The notes under the pieces were generated by a model. The model searched no databases. It was not told where the DNA came from and saw only the letters and a list, made by a program, of their open reading frames with translations. A DNA stretch of 64,000 nt from a virus. The stretch is taken from positions 38,830-102,829 of the IMG/VR virus record IMGVR_UViG_3300050016_000171, one strand, 5' to 3'. The number at the start of each line of letters is the position of its first letter. Positions within the stretch are counted from its first letter, which is position 1. A program made the position numbers and the translations under genes. Below are positions 1-10,357 of this stretch, piece after piece.

Positions 1-245
1 ACTGTCCATCCCAGAATCCAGTCTTTTTGATCCCTAGTCATAGAGCCTCCTTTATTTAGGGAATGGTGCGTGTCCCAGTGCGATAACTGTGAGCACAAGG
101 TATATTTCTGCAAGTAACTGCCAGAAAGCCGTCTCGAAATTCCCCTCGTCGAACGCTATGACGAACATGATGATGCCGTTAATCAGTGCTGCAAAAAATC
201 GTGATTACAAACATGACCAAAGCGAGTACTTCCATGTGTTTCCTC

Positions 246-515
246 CTATGACTTCAACCATTTGACCAGTTGTTGCCGGGCTCGACCACGGAATTGGTGG
301 CATCCCAGTTCAATAGTCAGATGGTACTTTGCGGGAAAAATACGAGCGATGTTGCCGTTGATAAAACGTTTGCCGGATCTCTTGTAAAGTTTAAAGCAGT
401 TGCCGTTCTGAATCGCAAATTGAATGTCTGTCTTCTTCGCGAAAAAGTACTCATCCCTAGCCGCGGTTTTCAGAAGATAGAATTTGCGCTTGTTGGTGTC
501 GAGAATGGTGATCAT
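246..515 (-). CDS. hypothetical phage protein
   Basis: 89-aa ORF in a tightly packed, overlapping minus-strand gene string. Confidence 0.6.
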   Translation of the reverse strand: MITILDTNKRKFYLLKTAARDEYFFAKKTDIQFAIQNGNCFKLYKRSGKRFINGNIARIFPAKYHLTIELGCHQFRGRARQQLVKWLKS

Positions 516-690
516 TGCGCCACCCTAATTTCCGCGGGCTCCCATCGGGTCTGCGGACGATAGAACGGTGAATCCTCGCGAACGATACGCGACGTGTTGT
601 TCGTGCCCGGATCTGCGAACGGACGAGGCTCCAGCCCCACGGCCAGTTCCGCCTTGTGGACGGCTTCAACTACCTGTTGCAGTAAGGTCT

Positions 691-945
691 TCACCGTGTC
701 CTCCTTTCAATTTGATCGCTGTCATTAGCGTCCCCGACCCATTCCCCTTTATTCCAACCCGGCCACGAAACTCCGTAGTGCAGATCGCCCGGGTATACCT
801 CAACTACCGTTTGGCGAATCCAAGTAGTTTCCAGCCAATACGTGTATCCGTCCTTGGCTTCGTGAGGAAGGAGCGCGACCCGTCTCACGAGACGCGTATC
901 CCCCAACTTCAGTTCCGGGGGCTCGGGTTTAGTTATCCACCTCAT
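691..945 (-). CDS. hypothetical phage protein
   Basis: Start reassigned to ATG at 945 (MRWITKPEPP), which overlaps the upstream stop as ATGA, with a GGAGA RBS. Confidence 0.6.
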   Translation of the reverse strand: MRWITKPEPPELKLGDTRLVRRVALLPHEAKDGYTYWLETTWIRQTVVEVYPGDLHYGVSWPGWNKGEWVGDANDSDQIERRTR

Positions 946-1154
946 GCTCTCTTCTCCACGGCGATGGCGTGATCGCAACGGGTTCGGGGATGGAAAGCCT
1001 TCTCTTCGCAAGTGCAGCGCCACGTAATACCATCTCCCCTTTTGTGGCCGGTCACTGTGTGAACCACATGCTTGCGGGTCCGGCTTGCTACACGGGCGTA
1101 AACCACCACTCCCGCTCTGGGTTCCTTCACATGCCTTAGACTGATGATTTTCAT
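942..1154 (-). CDS. SWIM-type zinc-finger protein
   Basis: CxC...CxH motif (WRCTCEEKAFHPRTRCDH); AGGAGG RBS. Confidence 0.7.
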   Translation of the reverse strand: MKIISLRHVKEPRAGVVVYARVASRTRKHVVHTVTGHKRGDGITWRCTCEEKAFHPRTRCDHAIAVEKRA

Positions 1155-1175
1155 CTGATCCTCCTATACGCCCCC

Positions 1176-1204
1176 ATTCTACTATAAGTGGGGCTCTTTG
1201 TCAA
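1176..1204 (-). promoter_or_regulatory. sigma70-type early promoter
   Basis: TTGACA-17 bp-TAGAAT on the minus strand. Confidence 0.85.
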
Positions 1205-1207
1205 GTA

Positions 1208-2125
1208 TTATTTCTCGTCCAGACCCAATTTCCTCAGCAACCCGCAAGGCGTGAGGCGACGGCGGGCGCTTGCGGCGCTGTTGATGTTCCTTGCGTCTAA
1301 CTTTTGAGATAACAGTACCTTCACGCGACCCATCTCCTTGTTCCAAAGCGCGCCCCGCAGAGTGGAGAGATAACTGATTTCTGCGTTGATGTTTTCAATC
1401 GTGATTTTAACTAATTCCTCATACTCCGGCGAGGCTTGAGTGAACGCGCTAAGGAATTTGAAGGCCTCTACGACGGGGGTGTTCATCGGAATAGCCGCCC
1501 CCGGGTGCCGGAAGAAATCCTCAATGAGTTTGCCGGGGGCATAGGCGGCGACGGCAGCATCATGCACTCGATTGAGACGGGCACACTCGATTGTGGCACC
1601 GGCTCGGCTTCCTGCCTTAAAACTGGCGTTTACCAGATAATGACGAATGGACAAGCCCGTGTGGTTGTCCACGACGACATCATAAAACCCGTTCCCGGTG
1701 ACGCGGTATCGAGGCTTGACTGCCGCCGCCGCTTCGCGGATCTCGTCTTGCACTTCCTTAAGGACGTGGATTCGCGGCATACCATGGCCGTAGGGCGAGC
1801 CCAACGCCCGGCCCATCGTGGGGAACCGACCGTCTAACCCGGCCTGCATACCCGAACGCATCTGGTTCTGCAATTTATCGATAATGCTCGCGTTGGTCGA
1901 GTCGGGATTCAGATCTGATCCCACGCCCTTGGAAAATTCGGTCAAGGGGTTGATCTTCAGGAACGTGGCTCGAACTTGCTCGGGGAAACGCAGTTCTAAT
2001 TCGTAGGCTCTGTCCACGGCGAAGTACTTGGACACCCCGGGTCGGTGCCAGTATCCTGAATTGGGCGTCTTCTCCGTCCAGCCCGCCTCAAGCAATTGCT
2101 CTGTGCGAAACTCTTTGTTAGTCAT
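1208..2125 (-). CDS. hypothetical protein
   Basis: 305-aa ORF with GAGGAG RBS. Confidence 0.7.
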   Translation of the reverse strand: MTNKEFRTEQLLEAGWTEKTPNSGYWHRPGVSKYFAVDRAYELELRFPEQVRATFLKINPLTEFSKGVGSDLNPDSTNASIIDKLQNQMRSGMQAGLDGRFPTMGRALGSPYGHGMPRIHVLKEVQDEIREAAAAVKPRYRVTGNGFYDVVVDNHTGLSIRHYLVNASFKAGSRAGATIECARLNRVHDAAVAAYAPGKLIEDFFRHPGAAIPMNTPVVEAFKFLSAFTQASPEYEELVKITIENINAEISYLSTLRGALWNKEMGRVKVLLSQKLDARNINSAASARRRLTPCGLLRKLGLDEK

Positions 2126-2280
2126 GTTATCTCCTCGGGAGCCAGATCACATTCTGTGAAGGCTCGAAGTAAATTTGCATAATCTCGTGGCCTAACTTTG
2201 CTACTAACGCCATCGTCGCCAAGAACAACAGGGCCGAAACCACTACTGCGAAAAGAAAGGGGCCTCGCGGCCCCCTCCCG

Positions 2281-3405
2281 TTACTGTTGGTGAAGTTGTA
2301 GACTGTCATTCGTGATCACCGGCTTGCAAGGGTTCTTGCCCTTGGGCGTCGTTGGATTGCACGTGAAAGGCTTCTCACGTCCGTACTTCCTTGCCGCCAC
2401 TGCGATATTCACAGGAGGCGTCGGCACAGGAGCATAGGTGACGTAGTTGTTGACCACGGGCGTTGGCACGATAATCGTGGCCGGGGCCTCGATTGCGCCG
2501 GTGCGCGTGGGCTCATCCAAAGGATACACCTTGACAACGGGAGACTGAGGTGCTGGCAAACAATCTTCCATCGTGACGCCCGCTTCCTTCGCATACTTGT
2601 TCAGGATGAAAATCTTGCAGCGGGCAACAAGAGACGGGGCCACGCGCGACGCTTCGAGCCGTGCGCAGTTCTCGTCAATCTTCCCGCCGCCGAAAGACAC
2701 ACCGAACATGGTCCCTTGGGCGCCGCCAGAGAACCCCTTGAAGCATGGAGTCGTCGGCAGAACCGTCGGAGCAACCGCCGTCGAAACTTGTCGGGGGTTA
2801 TTGATAACCGTCGACGAGTCGTTGCTGTTGTTGCCGTTTCCTACGCCGTTCCCCGAAGCCGTCGCTGTTGAGTTCCCTGAATTGCTGAGCGATTGACTTT
2901 GGTTTTGTTTTTGGTTTCCGCCGGTTGCCGTGGCCGAACCTCCTGCTCCTCCCTGACCTCCAGATGCTTTAACGTTATTGGTGACATTAGAGTTCCCTGA
3001 ATTGGAAACTCCAGAGACGCTATTGCCACCAGTTGCGTTCCCTCCGGTCGCGTTGCCACTCGTTGCCGAAGAAGTGGATTGGCTTCGTCCACCAGTTGCC
3101 GAAGAAGTTGAAGCAGAGTTTGCTGTCGAGTTACTGTTGCTAGTCGCCGACGCATTCGCATTGCTGTTTCCTCCTGTAGGCGGTGTCGTCGGCGGTTTCG
3201 GAACTTCGCAGACGTAATAGTCTTTCGGGTTCGTCGCGTCACTGCCGATATAGAATTGGCCGTCCCCGTCGCCTGCCGTGCCGGAAGGCTTGACAGAACC
3301 CACATCGACGCGCGACGCCAACGGATCACTACAGTTCCATGCTTTTGCTGGTCCTGCGATGACCAATGATGCGAGTACAAATACCGCAGCGATTACTGCT
3401 TTCAT
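2281..3405 (-). CDS. secreted/exported protein with a Gly/Ser/Asn low-complexity linker and Cys-containing domains
   Basis: N-terminal signal peptide (MKAVIAAVFVLASLVIAGPAKA), paired Cys residues, S/G/N/T-rich middle, AGAGGAGG RBS. Confidence 0.75.
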   Translation of the reverse strand: MKAVIAAVFVLASLVIAGPAKAWNCSDPLASRVDVGSVKPSGTAGDGDGQFYIGSDATNPKDYYVCEVPKPPTTPPTGGNSNANASATSNSNSTANSASTSSATGGRSQSTSSATSGNATGGNATGGNSVSGVSNSGNSNVTNNVKASGGQGGAGGSATATGGNQKQNQSQSLSNSGNSTATASGNGVGNGNNSNDSSTVINNPRQVSTAVAPTVLPTTPCFKGFSGGAQGTMFGVSFGGGKIDENCARLEASRVAPSLVARCKIFILNKYAKEAGVTMEDCLPAPQSPVVKVYPLDEPTRTGAIEAPATIIVPTPVVNNYVTYAPVPTPPVNIAVAARKYGREKPFTCNPTTPKGKNPCKPVITNDSLQLHQQ

Positions 3406-3873
3406 GAGTCCTCCTCTTCGAACCTCTGTAGCCCTTCGTCCGGGCTCTCAGTGGCTTACAAACTCCCAAATGAGTGATCCCATTAGCCATGATACAAATC
3501 CCACAGTTATCACAACCGCAAGAGTGAAGATGACGCAACAGACGGTGACGACCCCGGCCAGCATCGCCATGAATATTGTCACAAGCGCGTCAATCATGCG
3601 TTTTCCTCGAAGTCGATCTCGCCCAAGTCCACCACGCCCACCTCCTGAATCTCGATCACGTTCTTTTGGGCCTCGATCTTCTGTTGTCTCCGGCGCCGGA
3701 TGTCCTCGATCATCTGAGGCGTCAACCTCAACACGATTTCGGATTTCATTTGATTGGCTCCTTTCGTGCCTTCACGATTTCGATACAACAGGGTCCGTAG
3801 AGATAGCGCCCGATCTTTTGAGTCTCGACAATTTCCACCGGCTTAGCGCACTTGGCGCAGCAAACAGTGGTAC

Positions 3874-4431
3874 TCATGCCTTGTCTCCGAACTCTAGGGG
3901 TCGCGCGGATAGGGGCCTGTAGGATTCCAAGCACTTTTCACGAGTGGCCTTGAATACCTTCTCTGCCGCGTCCCAAGCCTCCACCTCGGCGTCCCATTTC
4001 CCCCAAGGAGTTTGCTTCCCCCACTCCATAAACATGGATCTCTTGTTACCCGGCAGACCGGCCAAATAGGCCAGCGCGTGGCCGATCTCGTGGGTCATCA
4101 CGGCCAAGGGATCGATATCCATCTTCTTAACTTGGCTCTCGTCCAGCGTTATTTCGAACTTGTTGGAATCTTGAGGGCCCTGAGGAGTTATACGCGAGCC
4201 TATCCAATCAGAACCTACAACGCGGAAATGAATAGAGAATTCTTGCTTTAGATTGGATTCAGAAACAGGGATCTGTTGCTGTTCTAGTCTTGCGATAATT
4301 TCGGGGTCGAAGGAGCCGATCTCATACGGAGGACGCGGAATGGGCATCGACTCGTCGAATTCAGTAACTTGGGTGTGTTCGACGAAGTTGCCGTTCTTAT
4401 CCGCAATGTACTTCTTCACGGTGCTTCGCAC
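3874..4431 (-). CDS. HEXXH zinc metallopeptidase-like protein
   Basis: THEIGH motif with downstream E..AW; AAGGAGG RBS before GTG. Confidence 0.65.
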   Translation of the reverse strand: MRSTVKKYIADKNGNFVEHTQVTEFDESMPIPRPPYEIGSFDPEIIARLEQQQIPVSESNLKQEFSIHFRVVGSDWIGSRITPQGPQDSNKFEITLDESQVKKMDIDPLAVMTHEIGHALAYLAGLPGNKRSMFMEWGKQTPWGKWDAEVEAWDAAEKVFKATREKCLESYRPLSARPLEFGDKA

Positions 4432-4512
4432 GTTTCCTCCTTTGTAGGGATGAGCCGTCTCCTCGCTCTGCGAGTGGTACGACGGCTCCCCTCGGTGATT
4501 TACCGTGAAAAC

Positions 4513-4541
4513 AGTCTACTATACTTGGGCCCGAATGTCAA
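4513..4541 (-). promoter_or_regulatory. sigma70-type promoter (identical to the copy at 41921-41949)
   Basis: TTGACA-17 bp-TAGACT, overlapping the 3' end of the SNF2 gene. Confidence 0.85.
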
Positions 4542-5980
4542 GCGTTAAATCCACTTTGTTTTGCTTTCGTATGAGGGCTGCAACTTGACGCTCGGCCAGC
4601 GAACCCTCAAGCACGAGATGCTTATAGAGCACCTTCAGGAACTGCCCTATGCGATGGATGCGATCTTCGGCCTGAGTAACGATGCCGGGTACCCAATCCC
4701 GCTCCACGAAGATCATCAGGTGGGCCGCAGTCATCGTGAAACCCACTCCCATGGCCCCGATAGTTCCCACGGCCACGTGAACGTCGGGATCGGTCTGGAA
4801 GCCGTCTACCAGTTCCTGACGGCGCATAGACGGCACTGTGCCATCGATTAGAACGGCGCCCCGGGCCTCGAAATGCTTGTGGATGGCTTGGGCCACCTCG
4901 ACGTGCCAGCACATGACTACGATTTTGTCGTGCTCCTCAAGGTCGGACTCGATCACTTCGATGGCCGGGGCCACCATTTCCAGCCCCAACTTCTTCATGG
5001 CGCCACTGTGATCTTGAAACCCCACGGTGAGCAAATCGTCCTCGTCGCGGTTGCCCAATAACTGGTCGAATTCCACCATTTGACGGGCGATAGCCTTCTT
5101 AACCGTCGCATTTCTGCCGGTTATGGGGACGATCATCCGGCGCTTAGGGGGCAGCTGGGGCAGGACGTCGGCCTTCAGGCGGCGGACCATAAACTTCGAG
5201 CGCATGTATTCTTGCAGTTCTTCGAGGTTGTCGGCCTCGTCCCAGATCCAGCCCGCGTGCATTTCCTTACCCTGTGCGGGATCGAATCTCTTGATCTCCA
5301 AAAGTTTGCAGTATCGACGGGCGAACCTATACCAGTCCGCGCCCAGCCCTGTGGGGTCCAAGGCCTGAATGATATTCCACAGTTCCTTGGGCTTCCCGTT
5401 GAGCGTGGGCGTTCCGGTCAGCATGACAAGTTTTCTTGCTGGAATACTTGACACTCGCTCCACGATCCTATTGTTCTCGTCTCGCTTGATGCCTCCCAAC
5501 ACCTCGCGGGTGCGGTCGGCGCGCCGGTTCTTCAGCTTGTGAACCTCGTCCACGATCACCACGTCCCATTTCTTCTCGCGCAGCGCCACACGATGATCCT
5601 TCAGGATTTCGTAGTTGATGATCGCGACGTCCGTGTCAGGGAACTCGCCCTGTCGGCCCTCGACGATGCCGATGGTCAGGCCCTTGACGTCCCATTTCTT
5701 GAACTCGTTGCGCCAGTGGGGCTTGAGGAAGCCGGGACACACGATCAGAACTCGGCGGGCGTCGTCGTAGTAGTTGCACAGGCCTACGGACTGGATGGTC
5801 TTGCCGGAGCCGGGGTCGTCGGCCAGAAGGGTGCCGGAGTGTGTTGCGATGTATTCGATACCAGCTAATTGGAAGGGGAGGTATTTCTGGTCGGCGGGGC
5901 AGGGAACTGCGAGATCCGAAGTCAGGGCGCGCGAGGGATCGGCGGGCGGCTTACGTAGACGCTTGAGTCGAATCGGAATT
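4519..5980 (-). CDS. SNF2-family (SF2) helicase/ATPase; true start uncertain, possibly ATT
   Basis: LLADDPGSGKT (motif I), DEVH (II), LTGTP (III), QAEDRIHRIGQ (VI); the N-terminus in the ORF track overlaps a separate Zn-finger gene. Confidence 0.9.
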
Positions 5981-6190
5981 GTACCAATCTCCCTTCTCCA
6001 TGATGGGTTTCTCGAATTGGCCCTTACTGTTGCGCCACATCGGGATGCCGTCGCTGAAACGGATAAGTTTGTGCTTGCAGCGGTAGCACTTGCCGCACCG
6101 GCTGCACTTGTACTCCATGATGCAGCCGCAGACTTGTCTACGTATCGATGTCGGTCCTTCAGACTGCGTAATTTCAAACTCTATCGTCAT
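5951..6190 (-). CDS. small Cys-rich (zinc-finger) protein
   Basis: CGC...CSRCGKCYRC..H; coupled to the upstream gene by an ATGA overlap. Confidence 0.6.
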   Translation of the reverse strand: MTIEFEITQSEGPTSIRRQVCGCIMEYKCSRCGKCYRCKHKLIRFSDGIPMWRNSKGQFEKPIMEKGDWYNSDSTQAST

Positions 6191-7149
6191 GCCCGAATCT
6201 CCAATTTGTGCAAATCCTCGAAAGTCAGATCGTGGTGCGCCAAATCCGGTAGATGAGACTGAAGAAGACGAAGCCTAGCAATCGCGCATTCTGCACCAGC
6301 GATTGTGCCCAAATTACGTCCGATCTCTGACATCACATGATAATGGGTCATATAGCCGCTGCTGAAATCACTGCTCTTCATTTCGCGATCCCTCTCGTAA
6401 CGAGCCATACGCTTTTTGGCACCTTTTAATAGGTGGGCGCCTTCCTCAAGCTGTCCTTGCCAGAAAGACAGCCGGTCGCGAAAATGCTGGTGCAATTCCT
6501 CGGCGGTGTAACGCAGCTTAAATGCCATGTTGTTCCTCCTTCTTGTCGCGCTCAATGTGGTGGGCCCAGTGCTTCTTCACGAAAGGCCACGCGACACATC
6601 CCACTACGCCATCGAACAAGGCCATCAGGAACAACTCGAATTCCCAGTGGGCCGCGTTATGCAGCAGAGACCAGAATGTTTCGGGATCACTCATGATTTG
6701 AGCACCGTCCCGCTCTTCTTGATTTCTTCGAGTTGCGCAAGGGCTTCTTTTCTGATCATGATTTCGGACTCTTCTGACAACGTATCGAAGGTCAATTCGT
6801 CGTGAACCACCTCGATTTGAAATACAGCGAAATTCGTAAATCGGAACCATCCACGGTCCTTTATGAGAAGGTCTACCATATATCCTTTGGGGAGGGCCGC
6901 GGGTTTCGCCGCGCGCAATTGCTTGACACACGCCCGAATCCCCGCGATGGTCAGGACGGGCTCTTTACTTTTCTTAGACATCGGCGTGGCCCCCTTTCAA
7001 CAATTTATATGTGGCCGTCTCACTTGCCCGACGCTGTACCCACGCATGAAGCGCCCCAGCCCAGCGAAGCGCATCGCGCCAGAACGTGGTGTAGCACACA
7101 ACCCAGATTGCGCCGTTGCAGGTTCTTGTTCGGTGATGCTCTTCGTAGT

Positions 7150-8265
7150 TCATTCCCCCTCCGTTCGAAAAGTCATGTCGTCGCCCCGGGGTTTTATTTG
7201 TCTCCAAATGATCGGAGCCGGGTCGTGCCCGTCGAGCATCGCGAACAGCGTCCCCAAAAGATTGGGGTCTGAAATCCGTTTGATATATTGAGCAAATTGC
7301 GCACGATACTCTCGGTCAGTCCCGTTCAGCCAAGGATCGGGTCGATTCATGAAAATCTTTCGGGCCTCTATGTACAGACAATTGAAATCTCCGTTCAGTT
7401 TCTCGGACCAAGACGTCAGCCACTTCTTGAAGTGCTCGGGCGTGTGCTCGAAACCCCCAGTGCCGGTCCCGTTCGACAGCAGTTCCCACACGCTGCGCGC
7501 GTTCATGCCCGTGACGATCTTGTGCAGGCGCAGATAGTCGGCCATCTTGACTTTGATCTTCAAGGGCGAGCCCGTGCCGTTGCGATAGGTCAGGACGTAG
7601 CCCTCTTCATTTTCGATGTTGGCTGCTTTCAGCGCAGCCAAGGACAGATTGTATTCTTCTGTGACGCGGATGCCGTTGTACCTTCCGCAGTCCACCAACG
7701 TGGGGTAATGATACTCCCAGCCGGTGCATATATCCACGAGCCCGATCAGCACCAACCCTTCGAAATCGTACTTCACCACGATTCGATTCTCGGGATAGAT
7801 GATCTCGAACAGAGGTGTCGCAGGTGTAGTCACGCAATCCACGAACCCATCAGGACACGCTCTATTGAACCATTCGGTGGCCCACTGCGATTGCGGACTC
7901 GTGAAACTCCCGCGAGTCGCGATGCCTTGATGGCCGTCGTACTTCCAATAGACGCCCAAACTACCATCGTATTTCTTTGTGACCATCGGAAAAAATTGCG
8001 GCAGGTTCTCTTCCCACGTCTCCGGCAGGTTTGATGTCTGAAGGTTGTGAAACTTCTTGAAAGGGCGCGCGACAATGTTATCGTTGTCGTCCACGATCAA
8101 GCCCCGGCAGAAGTCGATAGTGCCGCCCCACTTATTCTCGAACTGCGCGTGGGATGTGTAGTTATAGATGCGCAAAGGCAACGTGGGATGACGCTGGCAG
8201 CCCACGAAATGATCGTGCGCCAACTGTACCAACTCCTTAATGTCCAGCAATGCGCCCAGTTTCAT
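7150..8265 (-). CDS. T4 Rnl1-like RNA ligase
   Basis: IYNYT, CRGLIVD, ARPFKKFHN, KYDGS (motif I), FEIIYPENRIVV, EGYV, KVK. Confidence 0.9.
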   Translation of the reverse strand: MKLGALLDIKELVQLAHDHFVGCQRHPTLPLRIYNYTSHAQFENKWGGTIDFCRGLIVDDNDNIVARPFKKFHNLQTSNLPETWEENLPQFFPMVTKKYDGSLGVYWKYDGHQGIATRGSFTSPQSQWATEWFNRACPDGFVDCVTTPATPLFEIIYPENRIVVKYDFEGLVLIGLVDICTGWEYHYPTLVDCGRYNGIRVTEEYNLSLAALKAANIENEEGYVLTYRNGTGSPLKIKVKMADYLRLHKIVTGMNARSVWELLSNGTGTGGFEHTPEHFKKWLTSWSEKLNGDFNCLYIEARKIFMNRPDPWLNGTDREYRAQFAQYIKRISDPNLLGTLFAMLDGHDPAPIIWRQIKPRGDDMTFRTEGE

Positions 8266-8334
8266 TTGCCCTCCTTCGAACGAATCAAGATATCAACAAT
8301 GCGCAGGGTTATGAACCCGCAAGCCAACACGCAC

Positions 8335-8363
8335 ATTATAGTGACTTGCGCGTCTTCTGTCAA
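8335..8363 (-). promoter_or_regulatory. perfect-consensus sigma70 promoter driving the RNA ligase gene
   Basis: TTGACA-17 bp-TATAAT. Confidence 0.9.
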
Positions 8364-8937
8364 GTGCTGAAACCAGTGTACCACATTACCCCTCGGCGTC
8401 GATTTTCGCCAGCTCAAGTTTCAGACGATGCACGCGCGTCTCCCCTTCCACGAAGTCCGCGATCTCGCGAAGACAACCCTCGTCAAAAATCGAGGTGGTT
8501 GTTTCGCATACGTATTTTCGCCATGGGGCGTACCAGTAGACGTCGCCCAACTTCGGGCCACCGGCTGCGGCCTCTACAACCCAACGCTTAGTCTTGCCAC
8601 TGGGGCTCGTGCCGTTCTCGGTGAATTTGATGTAGCTCACAGTGTGTAGTCCTTTATGTTCTTGGCCGACTTGGGGCCGCGAACGATCTCCGCGAGAACG
8701 CCGCGCCGCACCCGGCGATACTGAGGCGCGCCGATCCGGCGAAGTTGCTGCTCAATGATATCGAGACGGCTTTCAATGGCTGGCAAATCCCTGTTCAAAA
8801 CTTTCGAAATTTCCATCAACCACTTATGATGATCGGGGTCATGCTTCATAGCTAGCTCTGAAGCATCCCAAGTCAAACGCGCAATGTCCTCGACTGTCGC
8901 ATTTTTGATGAAGTTCTCCCGAGATGTTAGCTTTTTC

Positions 8938-9621
8938 TTAGACATCTTTTCCTCCCGTGAAATCCTTGGTCTTCAACTTCGTGATAATCCGGTGATGGTG
9001 CTTGTCGAACAGCGTCTCAATGGTCCGGCCCACGAGACCTTCGGCCTTCTTGGCGGCTCCCGGAATGTGACTGACGAATCCTGCGCGTACGAAATCGGTG
9101 GCTTCGTCGAGAGACCAGTCCCCCATGAAGGGCACCACATCCAGTCCCAGTTTCGCTCCGACATCTTCAACTTGTTCCTGATTCAACCACCACTGGCCGT
9201 CTACGAACACGTCGAACAGAATGAACTTCTTGGTCGCGCTGTACTGCATGCCGCTCTTCTGGATTCCGGCGCCGTAGCCCTCGCCGTAGAGCACGACGGG
9301 GCACTGGAACGAACGCCCCATCTTCTCGGGCGTTACTATGCCAAGGATATTCTGAACCAAATCCGCGGACATGTTGGCGTTGTCCGTGCGCCCGCCGACT
9401 TTAACCGATGCTGGTATCCGGGGATCTGGGTACGGATCGGTATTACACGCCGCGGCGGATTCCGGCGCAAACATGATGCGCACGTTCGTGCCATCAATTT
9501 TCTCTGTCCAGCGCCACGTTTTGAAAATGCTGTACGCCCTGTTCTTGAACTCGCCCGGGATCACCGAGAAAGTTTTGGGGTCGCGCTCGTAGAGGGTCTC
9601 GATCTTTTGGTATTCGCTCAT
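8938..9621 (-). CDS. Rnl2-type RNA ligase (adenylyltransferase domain only)
   Basis: EKIDGTN, LYGEGYGAGIQK, FILFDV, EGLVGR, KLK; start MSEYQKI after a GGAGG RBS. Confidence 0.85.
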   Translation of the reverse strand: MSEYQKIETLYERDPKTFSVIPGEFKNRAYSIFKTWRWTEKIDGTNVRIMFAPESAAACNTDPYPDPRIPASVKVGGRTDNANMSADLVQNILGIVTPEKMGRSFQCPVVLYGEGYGAGIQKSGMQYSATKKFILFDVFVDGQWWLNQEQVEDVGAKLGLDVVPFMGDWSLDEATDFVRAGFVSHIPGAAKKAEGLVGRTIETLFDKHHHRIITKLKTKDFTGGKDV

Positions 9622-10357
9622 GATACCTCCGCGCCGAATTTGGAAATAAGCAACCACGACATCACTGCGAAGAATCCCCGGGGCAGAACGGTGAAAGCCT
9701 CCACGATAATCAAGGCCAATCCCTGCCAGTAACCTTGGGGCCTCAGGAAGTGCCACGCCAGAATGTCCGCGCCCAGAATAAGGAGCAGGGCCACTAGGGT
9801 GGCGAGTATCAGGAACAGGCCGAACACCACATAGTTCGTTGGCCAAGTAAAGTTACTCATGATTACTCCAGATGATACCGAGACCGACAAACGCCAATGC
9901 AAACCAAGGATGCCCCATGAAAAGGCAAACCAACGCGATAATGAATATGAAACCCATAGTTCCTCCTTACCAAAATTTGACGAGAAAGTGCTGAATGATC
10001 AGAACAGCGCCGACCCCCAGTGCTATCGTGCCCGCGACTTCGATAGTGGTGACAGCAATGATGAACGCAATTACAACTTTATCAAGTTTGTCAATTTTCA
10101 TGGCCGAAATCCTCCTTTGAACGCCACCCAGATCGTGACGAATGGAATCAGGTTCATACACAAACGCTTCTGCTTCGTCGAATAGTGCGCACCTACCCAC
10201 ATGCTGCCCTAGCGGAGCAGCACGCCCACGGTTGTCTTATGCACGCGCTTGGCTTCGAGGGCCAGAGACTCCGTAGTCCACGGCGGATCGGGATGGAAGA
10301 TGCCAGCCATAATGTCGCGACTGACGCGCTGACAAAGATCGTTTTCATAAGTTGACA

